The notes beneath the pieces were generated by a model. That model made no database searches. It saw only the letters and a program-made list of their open reading frames with translations, and was not told where the DNA came from. The position numbers were made by a program, and so were the translations under genes. A stretch of DNA of 57,066 bases, filler included, from Stramenopiles sp. TOSAG23-3 (lineage: Eukaryota), in the NCBI GenBank assembly GCA_900128585.1. It is 3 parts of 3 records of this genome, joined end to end, with 100 filler letters (N's around TTAATTAATTAA, not from the genome) between each part and the next. Parts side by side here need not be neighbours in the genome. Positions count along the whole stretch, not along the records: positions 38,131 to 57,066 come from LT642415.1; 2 more parts are not named here. One strand, 5' to 3'. Shown here one piece after another: positions 40,543-50,988 of the stretch (the stretch's first letter is position 1; each line of letters opens with the position of its first letter).

Positions 40543-41142
40543 ACCAAAACGAGCCGGACGCGGCAACACAAATAAGGTTACAACAAAGCAACAACACCAC
40601 CTTTCACTGTTAACTTTTTGAGAAAAAGTCTTGTGTGTCAATTATAAACACAGTTTCTTTCCCCCACTTTTAAAACCAATAGGTATTAAGAAAATGAAAG
40701 AGCAAGGAATACAAACTTTTTCCTTTTTTTTTTAATATTATCGTATCACGTGTGTCGCGTTTTGTTGAATTGAATTGTTGAATTTTGATGACGACGATGA
40801 TAAAATAGTAAAAGTACTAATAACGTAATCAAATAATATAAATATATAGTAATAAAAAAATGTCGTCGACGAGTGAGTGAGTGTGGTGGGGTGGTGGTGT
40901 TGGTGTTGTAGTTAAGTAGACTTTTTAAATTATTTCAAAATAATAAAAATACAGTATGATAATAATACACATTACATTTGGTTGATTCACTTCTTTTACC
41001 TTTTTATTTTTGGTAGGCCTTCCAACACGATTGCAAAATGGTGTACTTCCTATACGCCCTTGAGAAGTTCAAGGGTTTGGTGCGTAATAGAGTTTTCTCG
41101 ACGTGTCAACGCCGAAGACATTCGATAGTTCGAACATTATTT

Positions 41143-42726
41143 ATGTGGGTCGCCAATCACCTTGGTGGCAGTGAAAGACGTGGGCTTGCTCTTTTGGTTG
41201 TTTTTATACTCTGTCTAAGCACAAGGCTGGATTCGCAAAATGTTGAGCTCCAAGGCATAGAACAGTCGGAGGGGCCCGGGGACCTAGCCATGGCAGCTAA
41301 AGGAAAAAAGGTTAGTTGGATTCCCGTAGACAACGGCGAGACCAAGGCGGAAAGGAAATCCCTGGACAACTTTTTGTTTCATGAGAACAAGTATGAAATT
41401 CAACTTTTCGTTCCTTTGGATGCAGGTGTGCAGCATAAAGACTGCCGTGTACATATTACCCAGAAAACGCTTCACTGTGGTCTGGAAAATGGACCAATGT
41501 TTATTTCCGGTGAACTGATGGAACCAATTCAAACACAGCACTCGTATTGGGAGTACATTTCGGAGGACGAGTACGACCCTGTGGACGCCGTGGAAGGAAT
41601 AAACGGGACCCATATTTATATATTTTTAGTAAAGGCGTATGCCAATACTCCGATGTGGGAACAACTGTACACACCGATGGTATTCTTGGAAAAGATGGGC
41701 GGGGGGGAGGTGGCTCAGGAGGACGATGCCGCGGAGGAGGTCGACGATAGCTTTGGGGGCGCCGAGGACGGGGAAGATCCCACTGCGGCGGAAAAACGTC
41801 TCCCCGCATCCGCCGAAAAAGAAAAGCAACTGATCGGTGACTATGATGGAGACGGGGACGAAGGCGATGCCGACGATGTAAGCGCAAAAATCATTATCGA
41901 TTCAGCGGTCCCGCCGCCGCCGGAAGTTCCTGGGACGATCAAGCTAGTACGACGCCTAGACGTGGAAGGGATCGCACATCACTTACAGGACAACAAAGAT
42001 GCGGTGCACGATATGGACGAGAAGGGGCGCACCGCACTGATGTGGCTCGCGAGCGATTACACGTCGGCAAAGCATCGAAGTGGAGAGCAGTTTGAATACT
42101 TGTCCGGAAAAATCGTTGCGATTTGTCACGTTTTGCTGGATGCAGGGGCAGATCCGTTCCAGGCAGATTTCTATGGTATGACGGCCCTTCATTGGGCCAG
42201 CGCAAGTGGGTGGGCCCAGCTGTCTGCAGTGCTGCTGGCACAAGACGAAGAAATGGAACAGAACATGGCGAATTTGCGCGACTTGCAGAATGGCTCAACG
42301 CCGCTTATTATTGCAGCCGCCAATGGCCACAACGAGGTGGTTGGCGTTCTCTTGGCACGCAACGCACAGAAAAATCAGCGCGAAAATACCAAAGCGGGCT
42401 GGACGCCGCTGATGTACTCCGCCTACAATGGTCATTATCTGGTTTGCGAGACCCTCCTGCACGCGGGAGCAAAGCACGACATGAAGGACAAGTCGAATGG
42501 GAGGACCGCGTGTCATTTGGCTGTATCACAAGGGAAAACGAAGGCGGTGGAAATCATGCTCGGTTATGAAGCCTGCGATATGCAAGCAACAGACGCGACG
42601 GGAGCGACACCATACTCGATTGCTACGAAAATTGGCTTCAAAGAGGTCGCGCGGGTTCTACGCGACGGGCAGGTGAAGAGCATTCAAAAGAAGCATGAAG
42701 AATGGATGAAGCGGACCGAGCTGTAA
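41143..42726 (+). CDS. Signal peptide + CS (p23/NudC-like) domain + ankyrin repeats, C-terminal RTEL
   Basis: Hydrophobic GLALLVVFILCLS; CS-like EIQLFVPL..DCRVHITQKTLHCG..ISGELMEPI..SYW..IFLVK; ankyrin repeats (GRTALMW, GMTALHWA, GSTPLIIAA, GWTPLMYSA, GRTACHLA). An alternative ATG lies at 41038. Confidence 0.8.
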   Translation: MWVANHLGGSERRGLALLVVFILCLSTRLDSQNVELQGIEQSEGPGDLAMAAKGKKVSWIPVDNGETKAERKSLDNFLFHENKYEIQLFVPLDAGVQHKDCRVHITQKTLHCGLENGPMFISGELMEPIQTQHSYWEYISEDEYDPVDAVEGINGTHIYIFLVKAYANTPMWEQLYTPMVFLEKMGGGEVAQEDDAAEEVDDSFGGAEDGEDPTAAEKRLPASAEKEKQLIGDYDGDGDEGDADDVSAKIIIDSAVPPPPEVPGTIKLVRRLDVEGIAHHLQDNKDAVHDMDEKGRTALMWLASDYTSAKHRSGEQFEYLSGKIVAICHVLLDAGADPFQADFYGMTALHWASASGWAQLSAVLLAQDEEMEQNMANLRDLQNGSTPLIIAAANGHNEVVGVLLARNAQKNQRENTKAGWTPLMYSAYNGHYLVCETLLHAGAKHDMKDKSNGRTACHLAVSQGKTKAVEIMLGYEACDMQATDATGATPYSIATKIGFKEVARVLRDGQVKSIQKKHEEWMKRTEL

Positions 42727-43005
42727 TTTTTTCTCGCAACTTATAATATCATATCATATGCATATTCATATCTTACTATGATATGATAAGAACTCTTACA
42801 GAACATTATTTTCTATATCATAAGATATTTCTAGACTCTCTCACTCTCCGTAATTTTAATTTTTATAAGAGCTCTCACCTTGCATTGGGCATTGCACATT
42901 TTGTTTTTCAATTTTAAAAACTATCTAAATTTATTTTTCGAAACTAATAATATTTTAAACATGCTTCACGTATTATACGCACATTGTTTGCCGTTTGTGC
43001 ATGCT

Positions 43006-44820
43006 TCACGCCTCCAACCCTCCCGTCAAGTCCCAGTAGTAACACATAATAATCATGGGTTGACCAAGGATGCAAAAAAAGAGCCAAAAGAACACATTGC
43101 CCAGTTGGCTCCCCTTTAAAATGTGTTTGTCCAAGTAGCTCGTGATCATTATTGCTGGGGCTTGGGCCATCATGCCGGCAAACGCCCAGATCCTCGGGGC
43201 TTGCACCGCCCCACTGGCGATCAGTTCATGCAAAAGGGCCGATACGACAAAAACAACAAGGCCGGCGCCGCCTTTGCTCAAACCAGCATTCAGGCACGGA
43301 TTGTAGAGATGGCGCAGTAGCCAATTGTGGACGGGGATGTTCCAACAGCGCCAGTACTCGTCGAGCCGCGTCGCATTCCACCAGTGGGTGTAAAACAGGC
43401 GGTCCCCAAAGTGCAGACACTCCGCCAAAATGTTCAGCCACAAGTGGAATAGGGCGTAGAACATCAGGAGCCAGCATATCAACGACGGGATCGCCAACTT
43501 CAGCACACGCTCCAGCAGCCTCATTGTGTCGCCATTCTTTATTGCTACTCTGGCATTGTCCAACGTCGGCGCGATGAATTGAAACTGGACAACAAACATT
43601 AAAGCAAGCACACAGATCAGCTCGAGCACTCGCTTCAGCAACCACGTGCGTCGAATCTTCGAGGTTCTCGGGTATGCAGTCTGGTACACCAAGGTCGGAA
43701 ACCACATGAACACAAAGATGTCCTTGAGCGTAACGTTTTTCGGGTACGGCACCAGCTTCAGCTCGTTTGCCCCCGCTTTCAGAGCATTCGGGGGCATAGA
43801 ACCCTTCTTCAGAATCTTCTCATTGTCGCTGCTGCTGCTATCGCCCTCCTTCTCCCATTTTGCCCGGAGCTCGTTGTTGGTGTGCGAATAGCTAATGATT
43901 TTCATGAAAAACACAACGGACATGCTCAAAACTACCGCCGACATGATCGGTGAGGCGTTGGTACCACTTGTTATGCCCACAGGGATGGCAATGCACAGGC
44001 AGCAGTTCATGCCGTGCAAGGACGTGGCCACGGACTTCAGGATGACCCGTGAGCTTGCCCACCTTTCGATGAGCCACGCGGTCAGGACGTGCCCCCAGAG
44101 CTGAAAAAAACAAACGACGCAGCCTATGTCATTGGCCTTCAGGAAGCTCCCTACGTCCACGGAAGAAAATATTAGCCCGTATTTCAAGAAGTTCTCTACT
44201 ATCAGACGGAAGTTGGTGGCCAAGGCAACGACGCAGATCAAGTTGAAGAATCCCCGCAAGTTCGGCGGCGTGGGCGACTCGGAGCTGAGCAACGACGGTT
44301 TCGAGCGCGTGTGTATTGGCCGTGTAGTGGTTCGGTCCCGCGGGCCACGACGCCGTCTTTTTTTTGGAGACGGGGGGCCGTTCATGGATGCCAGCGCGTC
44401 TTCGATGCTCTTTTGGAGCACGTCGTGCCAGGCTGCCATCTCTTCTACCGATTCTGCCGACAAACGAAGGACGCGAAAGGACGGTGTCCCCGGCCGGTCC
44501 GGCAAGTTCCAAGTGTTTGGGATCACCAGCTTCAGCTCTTTTCCCCCTTCCTCGAGAGAGAACCCAACAGCCTGTTTCGTATCTTCGTCGATGAGAGGAA
44601 GCTCGTACCTGAGCTTCCGCTCCTGCAACCCTTTGAAGCAGAGCAGTTTGCCCATGTGGACTTCAAAGTAGCGGTTTTGCCACACCCCAAAACCCCATGT
44701 TAACATAGTCTCCCGATGCCGTTGGAGGACCCCCGATTTGTACACATGCTTTTGCTTTAGTTCAAGAACCTCTAACTTCAGTCTTCTTATCGTCTGTTCA
44801 GGCGTTTCTCGGCCTGGCAT
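43006..44820 (-). CDS. DGAT1: Diacylglycerol O-acyltransferase 1 (MBOAT) with N-terminal PH domain
   Basis: PH-like YKSGVLQR..WQNRYF...LSAESVEEMAAWHDVL; SLLSSE, RLIVEN, PTLVYQ..YPRT, FGDRLFYTHWWNA, YWRCWNIPVHNW, catalytic SALLHEL, tail YYWDL. Confidence 0.92.
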   Translation of the reverse strand: MPGRETPEQTIRRLKLEVLELKQKHVYKSGVLQRHRETMLTWGFGVWQNRYFEVHMGKLLCFKGLQERKLRYELPLIDEDTKQAVGFSLEEGGKELKLVIPNTWNLPDRPGTPSFRVLRLSAESVEEMAAWHDVLQKSIEDALASMNGPPSPKKRRRRGPRDRTTTRPIHTRSKPSLLSSESPTPPNLRGFFNLICVVALATNFRLIVENFLKYGLIFSSVDVGSFLKANDIGCVVCFFQLWGHVLTAWLIERWASSRVILKSVATSLHGMNCCLCIAIPVGITSGTNASPIMSAVVLSMSVVFFMKIISYSHTNNELRAKWEKEGDSSSSDNEKILKKGSMPPNALKAGANELKLVPYPKNVTLKDIFVFMWFPTLVYQTAYPRTSKIRRTWLLKRVLELICVLALMFVVQFQFIAPTLDNARVAIKNGDTMRLLERVLKLAIPSLICWLLMFYALFHLWLNILAECLHFGDRLFYTHWWNATRLDEYWRCWNIPVHNWLLRHLYNPCLNAGLSKGGAGLVVFVVSALLHELIASGAVQAPRIWAFAGMMAQAPAIMITSYLDKHILKGSQLGNVFFWLFFCILGQPMIIMCYYWDLTGGLEA

Positions 44821-45093
44821 GGTGTCGGTGTTTTAACGTGAAGGCAAAAGAACGGCGACGTGTGACGAACGGCAAAGGGGGTGGAAAGTTTTGTTGGTTA
44901 TACTGAAGTAATAATCTACGGACAACAAACAATACTGCCAGTTTTAATATATATTTCTTTCACTTGCTCGTTCTCAAATCAAATTGCGTTTCTTTCACTA
45001 ACTAGTCTAATTAAAGAACTCTCTTGAGTAAAAAAGTATATTTTAAACTGTGTTACTATTTCCGGTAGTACAGTACCCATATCCAAATCCAAA

Positions 45094-45138
45094 AAGAAGA
45101 AGAAGAAGAAGAAGAAGAAGAAGAAGAAGAAGAAGAAG
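45094..45138 (+). repeat. (AAG)15 microsatellite
   Basis: Direct read; lies in the divergent DGAT1/BMT2 spacer. Confidence 0.95.
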
Positions 45139-45764
45139 AAAAAGAAAATTCTTTTTATTATATTTTATTATTTAATATCAAAAAAAATAAACTACTACGT
45201 ACCTCTTATATCCCTGTATCCCCTGATAAAAAAGAAGAAGAAGTAGAAATCTGATTGAAGAAGAGATTATAATCCAAATAAACTGAAATCGTATTCTATT
45301 CAGTATAATATCACCTATCAACGTTTTCGTAATTTAAAATAGCTAATTCGCCTTTTTCTGATTTTTTGTGTACATCCTTCTATTGTACAATAGTATGCTG
45401 TGTATATTATTATATTTATAAAATAATAAAGTGAGTATATTATTTGTGAGAAATAATACGACGAGGTGACGCGTCTTCTTCTGTGAAAAAAAGAAGGAAG
45501 AAGAGGAGAAGAAGAAGTAAAAAACTTCTTCTTTTTTTTCTTAATTTTTTTTTGTCGAATATCTATCTCTCTTCGAGTTTAATAAAATATTGAAAGAAGA
45601 AGAACCGTTGTGTTATGTTTGTAATTGTGATCGACGACGTTTATCAATATTTTGTGTTGCTACTATTAGAATTATGTATGAGTGTAATTGATTCGTTTAT
45701 TTGCTCTGTTTTTTATTTTTATTGTTTCAAGATTAATTCTTCTTTTTCTTCCTTGTCGTGTAAT

Positions 45765-46799
45765 ATGTCCGAGAGGAAAAGGAAGAAGAAACGCGCAAAG
45801 CCGCAACCGCTTACTACGGCGCCAATAAAGCGGCCGAAGCACGAAGGGGGGAAGAAGAAAAGGCGTGGCGACGGAAAGCGCAAACAAAACAGTATGTTTG
45901 CAAACGCTGTGGAGAGTCAGGCGGTTGTAGCAAAATACCACGTTTTGATGAAGAAGAAAGAACAATTATTGGCGGACAAGAGTTTGGACCAGGAAGCGAA
46001 GCTCTTGAAGTTAAAAAGCTTGGAACGGGAAATTCAGAAAATGGGGGGTATAGAAAAGTATCAGCAGGCCAGCATGTTCGGCGCAAGTACGGATGAAAAC
46101 GCGGCTTTTAACGCGTCAAAATGGGTCACCAAGGAATTGAAGGGTGCCCAGGGGCTGAAGAAGAAACTTCGGGTTTTGGACGTGGGCGCAATTGATGATC
46201 AGTACAAAAACGAAAAGCACTGGTTGAATGTGACGTCGATTGATATCAATCCGCAGAGCAAATCCGTTCTTAAATATGACTTTTTTGATTTTGCCACGGG
46301 TTATGTGAGTAAAAAAGACGGAGTGTCTTACGATGTCGACGGGGAGTACGACGCTGTTATATTGAGCTTAGTCGTCAATTTTGTCGGGTGCCCAAGACGG
46401 CGTGGGGATATGCTTGGTTTGTGCTCACACCCAATGCTCCTGAAAAAAGGAGGACTTCTGTTTCTAGTGCTCCCTTCTGCTTGTACCGAGAATTCAAGGT
46501 ACATGAACGAGCAGACTTTGGTGAACACAATGAAACATCTAAATTTTGACCTGGTTAGCTCAAGGACCACAAGAAAACTGTATTTTGGAAAGTTTCAGCT
46601 GCAGAAACCGTGCCCATTTTGGAACTTGAAAAATCACCCAAACTTTAAACCCTCGGACGATGATGGTTCAAGTTTGCCGGAGTGGAAAACGGACAGCATG
46701 TGCTATGATTTTGGGGAACGAGGCTTCCCAAGGCGAACATTGCGGGGGGGTCAAAAGCGCAACAATTTTGCAATCATCCTAAGGAAAAGAAAAGAATAA
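45765..46799 (+). CDS. BMT2: 25S rRNA adenine-N1 methyltransferase BMT2-like
   Basis: GGIEKYQQAS, LRVLDVGA, SLVVNFVG.P.RRGDML, LFLVLP.AC..NSRYM, NNFAIIL; likely start MSERKRK at 45765. Confidence 0.85.
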   Translation: MSERKRKKKRAKPQPLTTAPIKRPKHEGGKKKRRGDGKRKQNSMFANAVESQAVVAKYHVLMKKKEQLLADKSLDQEAKLLKLKSLEREIQKMGGIEKYQQASMFGASTDENAAFNASKWVTKELKGAQGLKKKLRVLDVGAIDDQYKNEKHWLNVTSIDINPQSKSVLKYDFFDFATGYVSKKDGVSYDVDGEYDAVILSLVVNFVGCPRRRGDMLGLCSHPMLLKKGGLLFLVLPSACTENSRYMNEQTLVNTMKHLNFDLVSSRTTRKLYFGKFQLQKPCPFWNLKNHPNFKPSDDDGSSLPEWKTDSMCYDFGERGFPRRTLRGGQKRNNFAIILRKRKE

Positions 46800-47448
46800 T
46801 AATGTAATAAATTAATATAATAACTACGAAATGTATATAGTCTAATTAATTTTTAATGGATAACAATTTCCACAATATAAATAATTACTTAAATTATATA
46901 GAAACTGAGTTTCATTTCTTAATTTCTTTAATAGTCTACGAGTAGTATACTTTTGGTATTCTATATTATAGTCTATATTGGTAGGACTATAATACAATAA
47001 CTGGTGTTTTTTTTTTTATACGTTATTCCGGACTAACTATAAATTACGGTACTGCTCGCTATAATATTTATATATTAGAGATAATACCCCATAATAAAAT
47101 TAAAAAAGGAGGAGAGGAAATACTGTATTATAATAGTACGAATACAATCCACCTCATCTTTTGTTTTATTATTATATTAAGACGACTAATTAGCCTGGTG
47201 GGCTAAACAAAATACATGCAACCTTGTCTCTCCGAGGGATGGCGGAAAATTAGTAAGGTTTGAAATAAGATCTAGCGTCTTCAACAATTTCTAATATTGC
47301 ATCAAGATTCCTTGCTGAATCCAAACGGTCCATCGATCAGATACTGTTTCGTATCGTCGCAACAACCCCTCCGTTTCCTTGAACGTTCTCCGCGTGCCCT
47401 TCGTGACTGAAAAAGGAGGGATTGTTCTTCCGAACTTGGCAGAAAAAC

Positions 47449-48786
47449 ATGGGGGCGGGTGCGATGCAAAAGATCTCCGATAAGTGGAGTGATTTCAAAG
47501 ATGGCGACGAGAAGTTTTTCGACATGAACGCACTAACAGGGGAAAAAATTAAAGATAGGAAATTTATAGTGAACGACCTGGAGGGTCAAGATGAGGAGTC
47601 AATGGAAACGTTCAAAAGCCTTGGTCTCTCGGCAATCCAAATAGACAAGTTTTACTCCACTTTTCGGGCCATTGATGGGGACAATGGGGGTGACATTGAC
47701 ATGCACGAGTTCTACGTCTTTTTTGACTTAGAAGAGAGCCCGTTTGTAGATCGTACCTTTGGGTTGTTTGACAGGGACGACTCGGGGAAGATAGACTTTG
47801 AAGAGTTCGTGTGTGCGGTATGGAACTTTTGTACTACGTCCACAGAAATGTTAATTCCGTTTGCGTTTAACTTGTACGATTTGGACGGCTCGAAGGACTT
47901 AGACCCGGAAGAGGTTGATGTTTTGGTGACGGAAATATTGGGCGACCAGGGTACAAACGATGAAGAAGTAGCGCAAGGTGGGGGGGGGGATTTGATGGAT
48001 GGATATAAGGTCAACGTAGACAGGCTGATGAAAAAGCTGAAGCCCAGCAAGAACGGGAAAATAGACATCAAAGCTTTCACGAAATTCGTTCAGCGCGCAC
48101 CCGAAGCCATGAAACCTGCGTATGAGCTCCAACAGACGCTTCGAGAACGTGTTATAGGGGAAGCATATTGGAAAACAGCGATGAGGAAACGGGACAAAGT
48201 CATTTCGGAACAACGGTCGAAAGGCGATTCGGCCATTGGGGAGGGCGCTGGCGGCGGTCCAGGGGGCAACATGGGGTTTATATTGAAGGAAGTCGTGGAC
48301 GGCGTCGATAAAGACAGTGTTAAAGGGCGGTACGATGAGTTGGCTAACAACGAATACGAAGCAGCAAAGTTTAGAATTGAAGAGGCTGCTAAACTGCGGT
48401 TGAAGATCAAGATGCAGAACCAGCTGTGGGAAGCTCAAAACGAAGCAACTTCCGGTGCAAACCAAGACCCGCTGGATTTGATTGCGAAACTCGACGATCC
48501 CAGCCACGAGGGGGAACTGAAAGATGGAATGATGAAGAGTATTGAGGAAGAAATCTATTTAATCAGGCATATGCAGGGGGAAAAGACATGGGAGCCGCGC
48601 GTTGAGCGTACATTTGGAGTGCACGTCCCCGGCGGCATGCGAAGAAATAGGCTTTTGAGCAGTACTGCACCCAGAAAAGGGAAGAAAAAAATGTCTGCAC
48701 TAAGAGCACGAGCGATGCGATTAGAGGAGCAGGAGCGCCTTGGTATAAAGCCCGAGGGGGACGTCAAGTTGGCTTTGACTAACTAA
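47449..48786 (+). CDS. EF-hand calcium-binding protein (calcineurin-B-like) with C-terminal extension
   Basis: EF loops DGDNGGDIDMHEF, DRDDSGKIDFEEF, DLDGSKDLDPEEV and a degenerate fourth; start MGAGAM (possible myristoylation). Confidence 0.85.
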   Translation: MGAGAMQKISDKWSDFKDGDEKFFDMNALTGEKIKDRKFIVNDLEGQDEESMETFKSLGLSAIQIDKFYSTFRAIDGDNGGDIDMHEFYVFFDLEESPFVDRTFGLFDRDDSGKIDFEEFVCAVWNFCTTSTEMLIPFAFNLYDLDGSKDLDPEEVDVLVTEILGDQGTNDEEVAQGGGGDLMDGYKVNVDRLMKKLKPSKNGKIDIKAFTKFVQRAPEAMKPAYELQQTLRERVIGEAYWKTAMRKRDKVISEQRSKGDSAIGEGAGGGPGGNMGFILKEVVDGVDKDSVKGRYDELANNEYEAAKFRIEEAAKLRLKIKMQNQLWEAQNEATSGANQDPLDLIAKLDDPSHEGELKDGMMKSIEEEIYLIRHMQGEKTWEPRVERTFGVHVPGGMRRNRLLSSTAPRKGKKKMSALRARAMRLEEQERLGIKPEGDVKLALTN

Positions 48787-49575
48787 AAAGGAAGTTGGAA
48801 ACGACAAAGGGGTGCATAAAACCAAAACTTGTAAATAAAATAATTTTAAAAATCTAAAATAAACGCTTTGTTGAGATCAAATCGCCTTTCACAAAAAAAA
48901 AGGAAATATTGTATCACCTGTGGTAATAATTCTTCTCATTGGAATAGGAATAAAAATAATTCCTCTGTGATGACTAACAATAATCATCCACGACGAAACG
49001 AAACTAAAAATCAAATTAAAAAATCAAGATAGGATTAGGGTTGGATTTGAAATAGTATTTGATTTAAAATGAGCGTCTTAATTCTTCTTCTTTTATTTAT
49101 TTCTTCCTTCTTCTTCTTTCTTCTTCTTCTTTTCTTCTTTCTTCTCATATTATCGTTTTGTTCTTTATTTTACGTATATGATATAGATTGGTCTTTTAAA
49201 AAGGATTTGTAGTATCATTGTATACCTAAAGATGGAATCTCTACTTAATCTTTTAAATGTATTTTATTAAGTTTCAGGATTTTTTCTTTTATTTTTGTTC
49301 TTCTTTTTTTCACCTCCTCCTTCCTTCGTCCGTCCGTCCGTCCGTTAGTTAATTTAGTTCCCTCAATGAAAAATATGAATGTTGAATCAATGAAAGGCCT
49401 CTTCTTCTGTTCCCACCCTCCCTTTCGTTCTACAATCTCTTTATTCGTATGTCTTATATTTCTTAAACAACAATGAACGATGATCCTCTTTCACATCGTA
49501 ACGATTTGACAAGTGTGATCATTGGGAGATTGTGAGTGTGCTGTTTTTTTGGCAAATAGCTATTGCCAGCAGTCC

Positions 49576-50706
49576 ATGCTTCGAGGAGGGTGGTTCGAAG
49601 GTTGCAATGCGTGTCGTGTTATAAAATTGTTGGTGTTCTCTATCGCCATAGTTACTACCATTGTCATTTATTCACTACATGAGGTGGTGTGGTGGGGTAA
49701 GTGGAGAGGTGTGCTATCCATTGAGCCTCCGCTTGTGTTCTGGAATGCACGATTAGATGGAACACGGGAAGCCGTTCCTCGTAGGCCAAAGGGAAACCCA
49801 TGCGGCACAGGTATACTTTCTGATGCTACACTGGAGACACTATCGAAAGATTTGCCCATAAATCCACATGCGTGCAAGTGTGAGAAAATAGAGAACACAG
49901 GAGGAACGTTTCCTATATGCTGCCGACGCTACCATGCTACTTTGCTCCGGTATGTTGTAAATACTTTGCCAAAATACCATTTAACTTTCTGGCTTGACTT
50001 TGGTACATTACTTGGTGCAGTGAGAGAGGGAGGTTTTATGCTACACGATTCGGATATAGATATAGCCCTCCTAATAGCAACTGTTGAAGATGCACGTAAC
50101 TTGGATAGGTTTTTAAAACGAGCGACTTTAGATGGCTTTGGGCCAAACAGTTGGTACCCACAAGAGAAAAAGATGAACGAAAAAAAGAACAAACGAGGCG
50201 TCCGTGCATGGGAAGCACTATGGACATCATTGGTTGCTGGAAACGATATGTTCGCTATTCTTGCATTTGGAGAACATCTTGACGTTTATGCCTATCACCC
50301 TGCAACACCTCCTGGGCACAGGAATAAAAATAGTACAGAACTAGCCTGGGACGATGGAAATGGATTAACTCGCTCTGCCGAGTTTTTGCATTGCCACGAT
50401 GAACCCACGTTCTACCATCCAATAAAGGACATATTTCCATTATCAATGAACTGCAATATGCAAGGTTGGTATTTGCCCTGTCCGCGCCTGTATACAAAAG
50501 TTCTCCAACGATACTATGGGGAAGGCACAAAGATCCTCGACGCGGTATATAAACATTGCCCTAAGAGTGGATGCCCAAAGAACGAGAACATCAACTCAAC
50601 CCAGAATAGATTTGACATGGCAATGGAGTGCCTCCAACGAAGTGGCTCGAATTCCCTCTTCGAATTGAAAAGGAATATTATTAAAACATATGATATGATA
50701 CTATAA
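49576..50706 (+). CDS. LicD/fukutin-family nucleotidyltransferase, type II membrane
   Basis: N-terminal TM helix; FWLDFGTLLGAVREGGFMLHDSDIDI; DIFPL...LPCPR..KVLQRYYG. Confidence 0.88.
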   Translation: MLRGGWFEGCNACRVIKLLVFSIAIVTTIVIYSLHEVVWWGKWRGVLSIEPPLVFWNARLDGTREAVPRRPKGNPCGTGILSDATLETLSKDLPINPHACKCEKIENTGGTFPICCRRYHATLLRYVVNTLPKYHLTFWLDFGTLLGAVREGGFMLHDSDIDIALLIATVEDARNLDRFLKRATLDGFGPNSWYPQEKKMNEKKNKRGVRAWEALWTSLVAGNDMFAILAFGEHLDVYAYHPATPPGHRNKNSTELAWDDGNGLTRSAEFLHCHDEPTFYHPIKDIFPLSMNCNMQGWYLPCPRLYTKVLQRYYGEGTKILDAVYKHCPKSGCPKNENINSTQNRFDMAMECLQRSGSNSLFELKRNIIKTYDMIL

Positions 50707-50751
50707 AAACAAGAAAAATTGGCTGTTATTTTATATATTTTAATTAAAATT
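50704..50751 (+). repeat. Dispersed ~40-bp repeat copy overlapping the LicD stop codon
   Basis: taaaaacaagaaaaattggctgttatttt..taattaaaatta. Confidence 0.75.
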
Positions 50752-50988
50752 AAAGAAAAAAAAGAAGGTGTCAGTTCAAGAACAATGTCTCCTCCTATTG
50801 CAGATCCTTCCCAAGTTCTGGTCAAGATTCCAATTGATTGGTCTTAAAAGTACACAGCGGCATAAATGTTAATTTGTTTTTTCTAAACACACCAGAGCCT
50901 TTTAATATTTTCCAGTTACGAGTCTTTTTTTTAAAAAGGGTTTTCGTAAAACGGTACGAGAAGCTTTAAGATGCACTTCCTGGTATTT

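Noticed and set aside
42747-42788. 12-bp inverted repeat tatcatatcata/tatgatatgata as a terminator
   Set aside because: Low-complexity AT-rich sequence in a eukaryotic spacer; likely chance.
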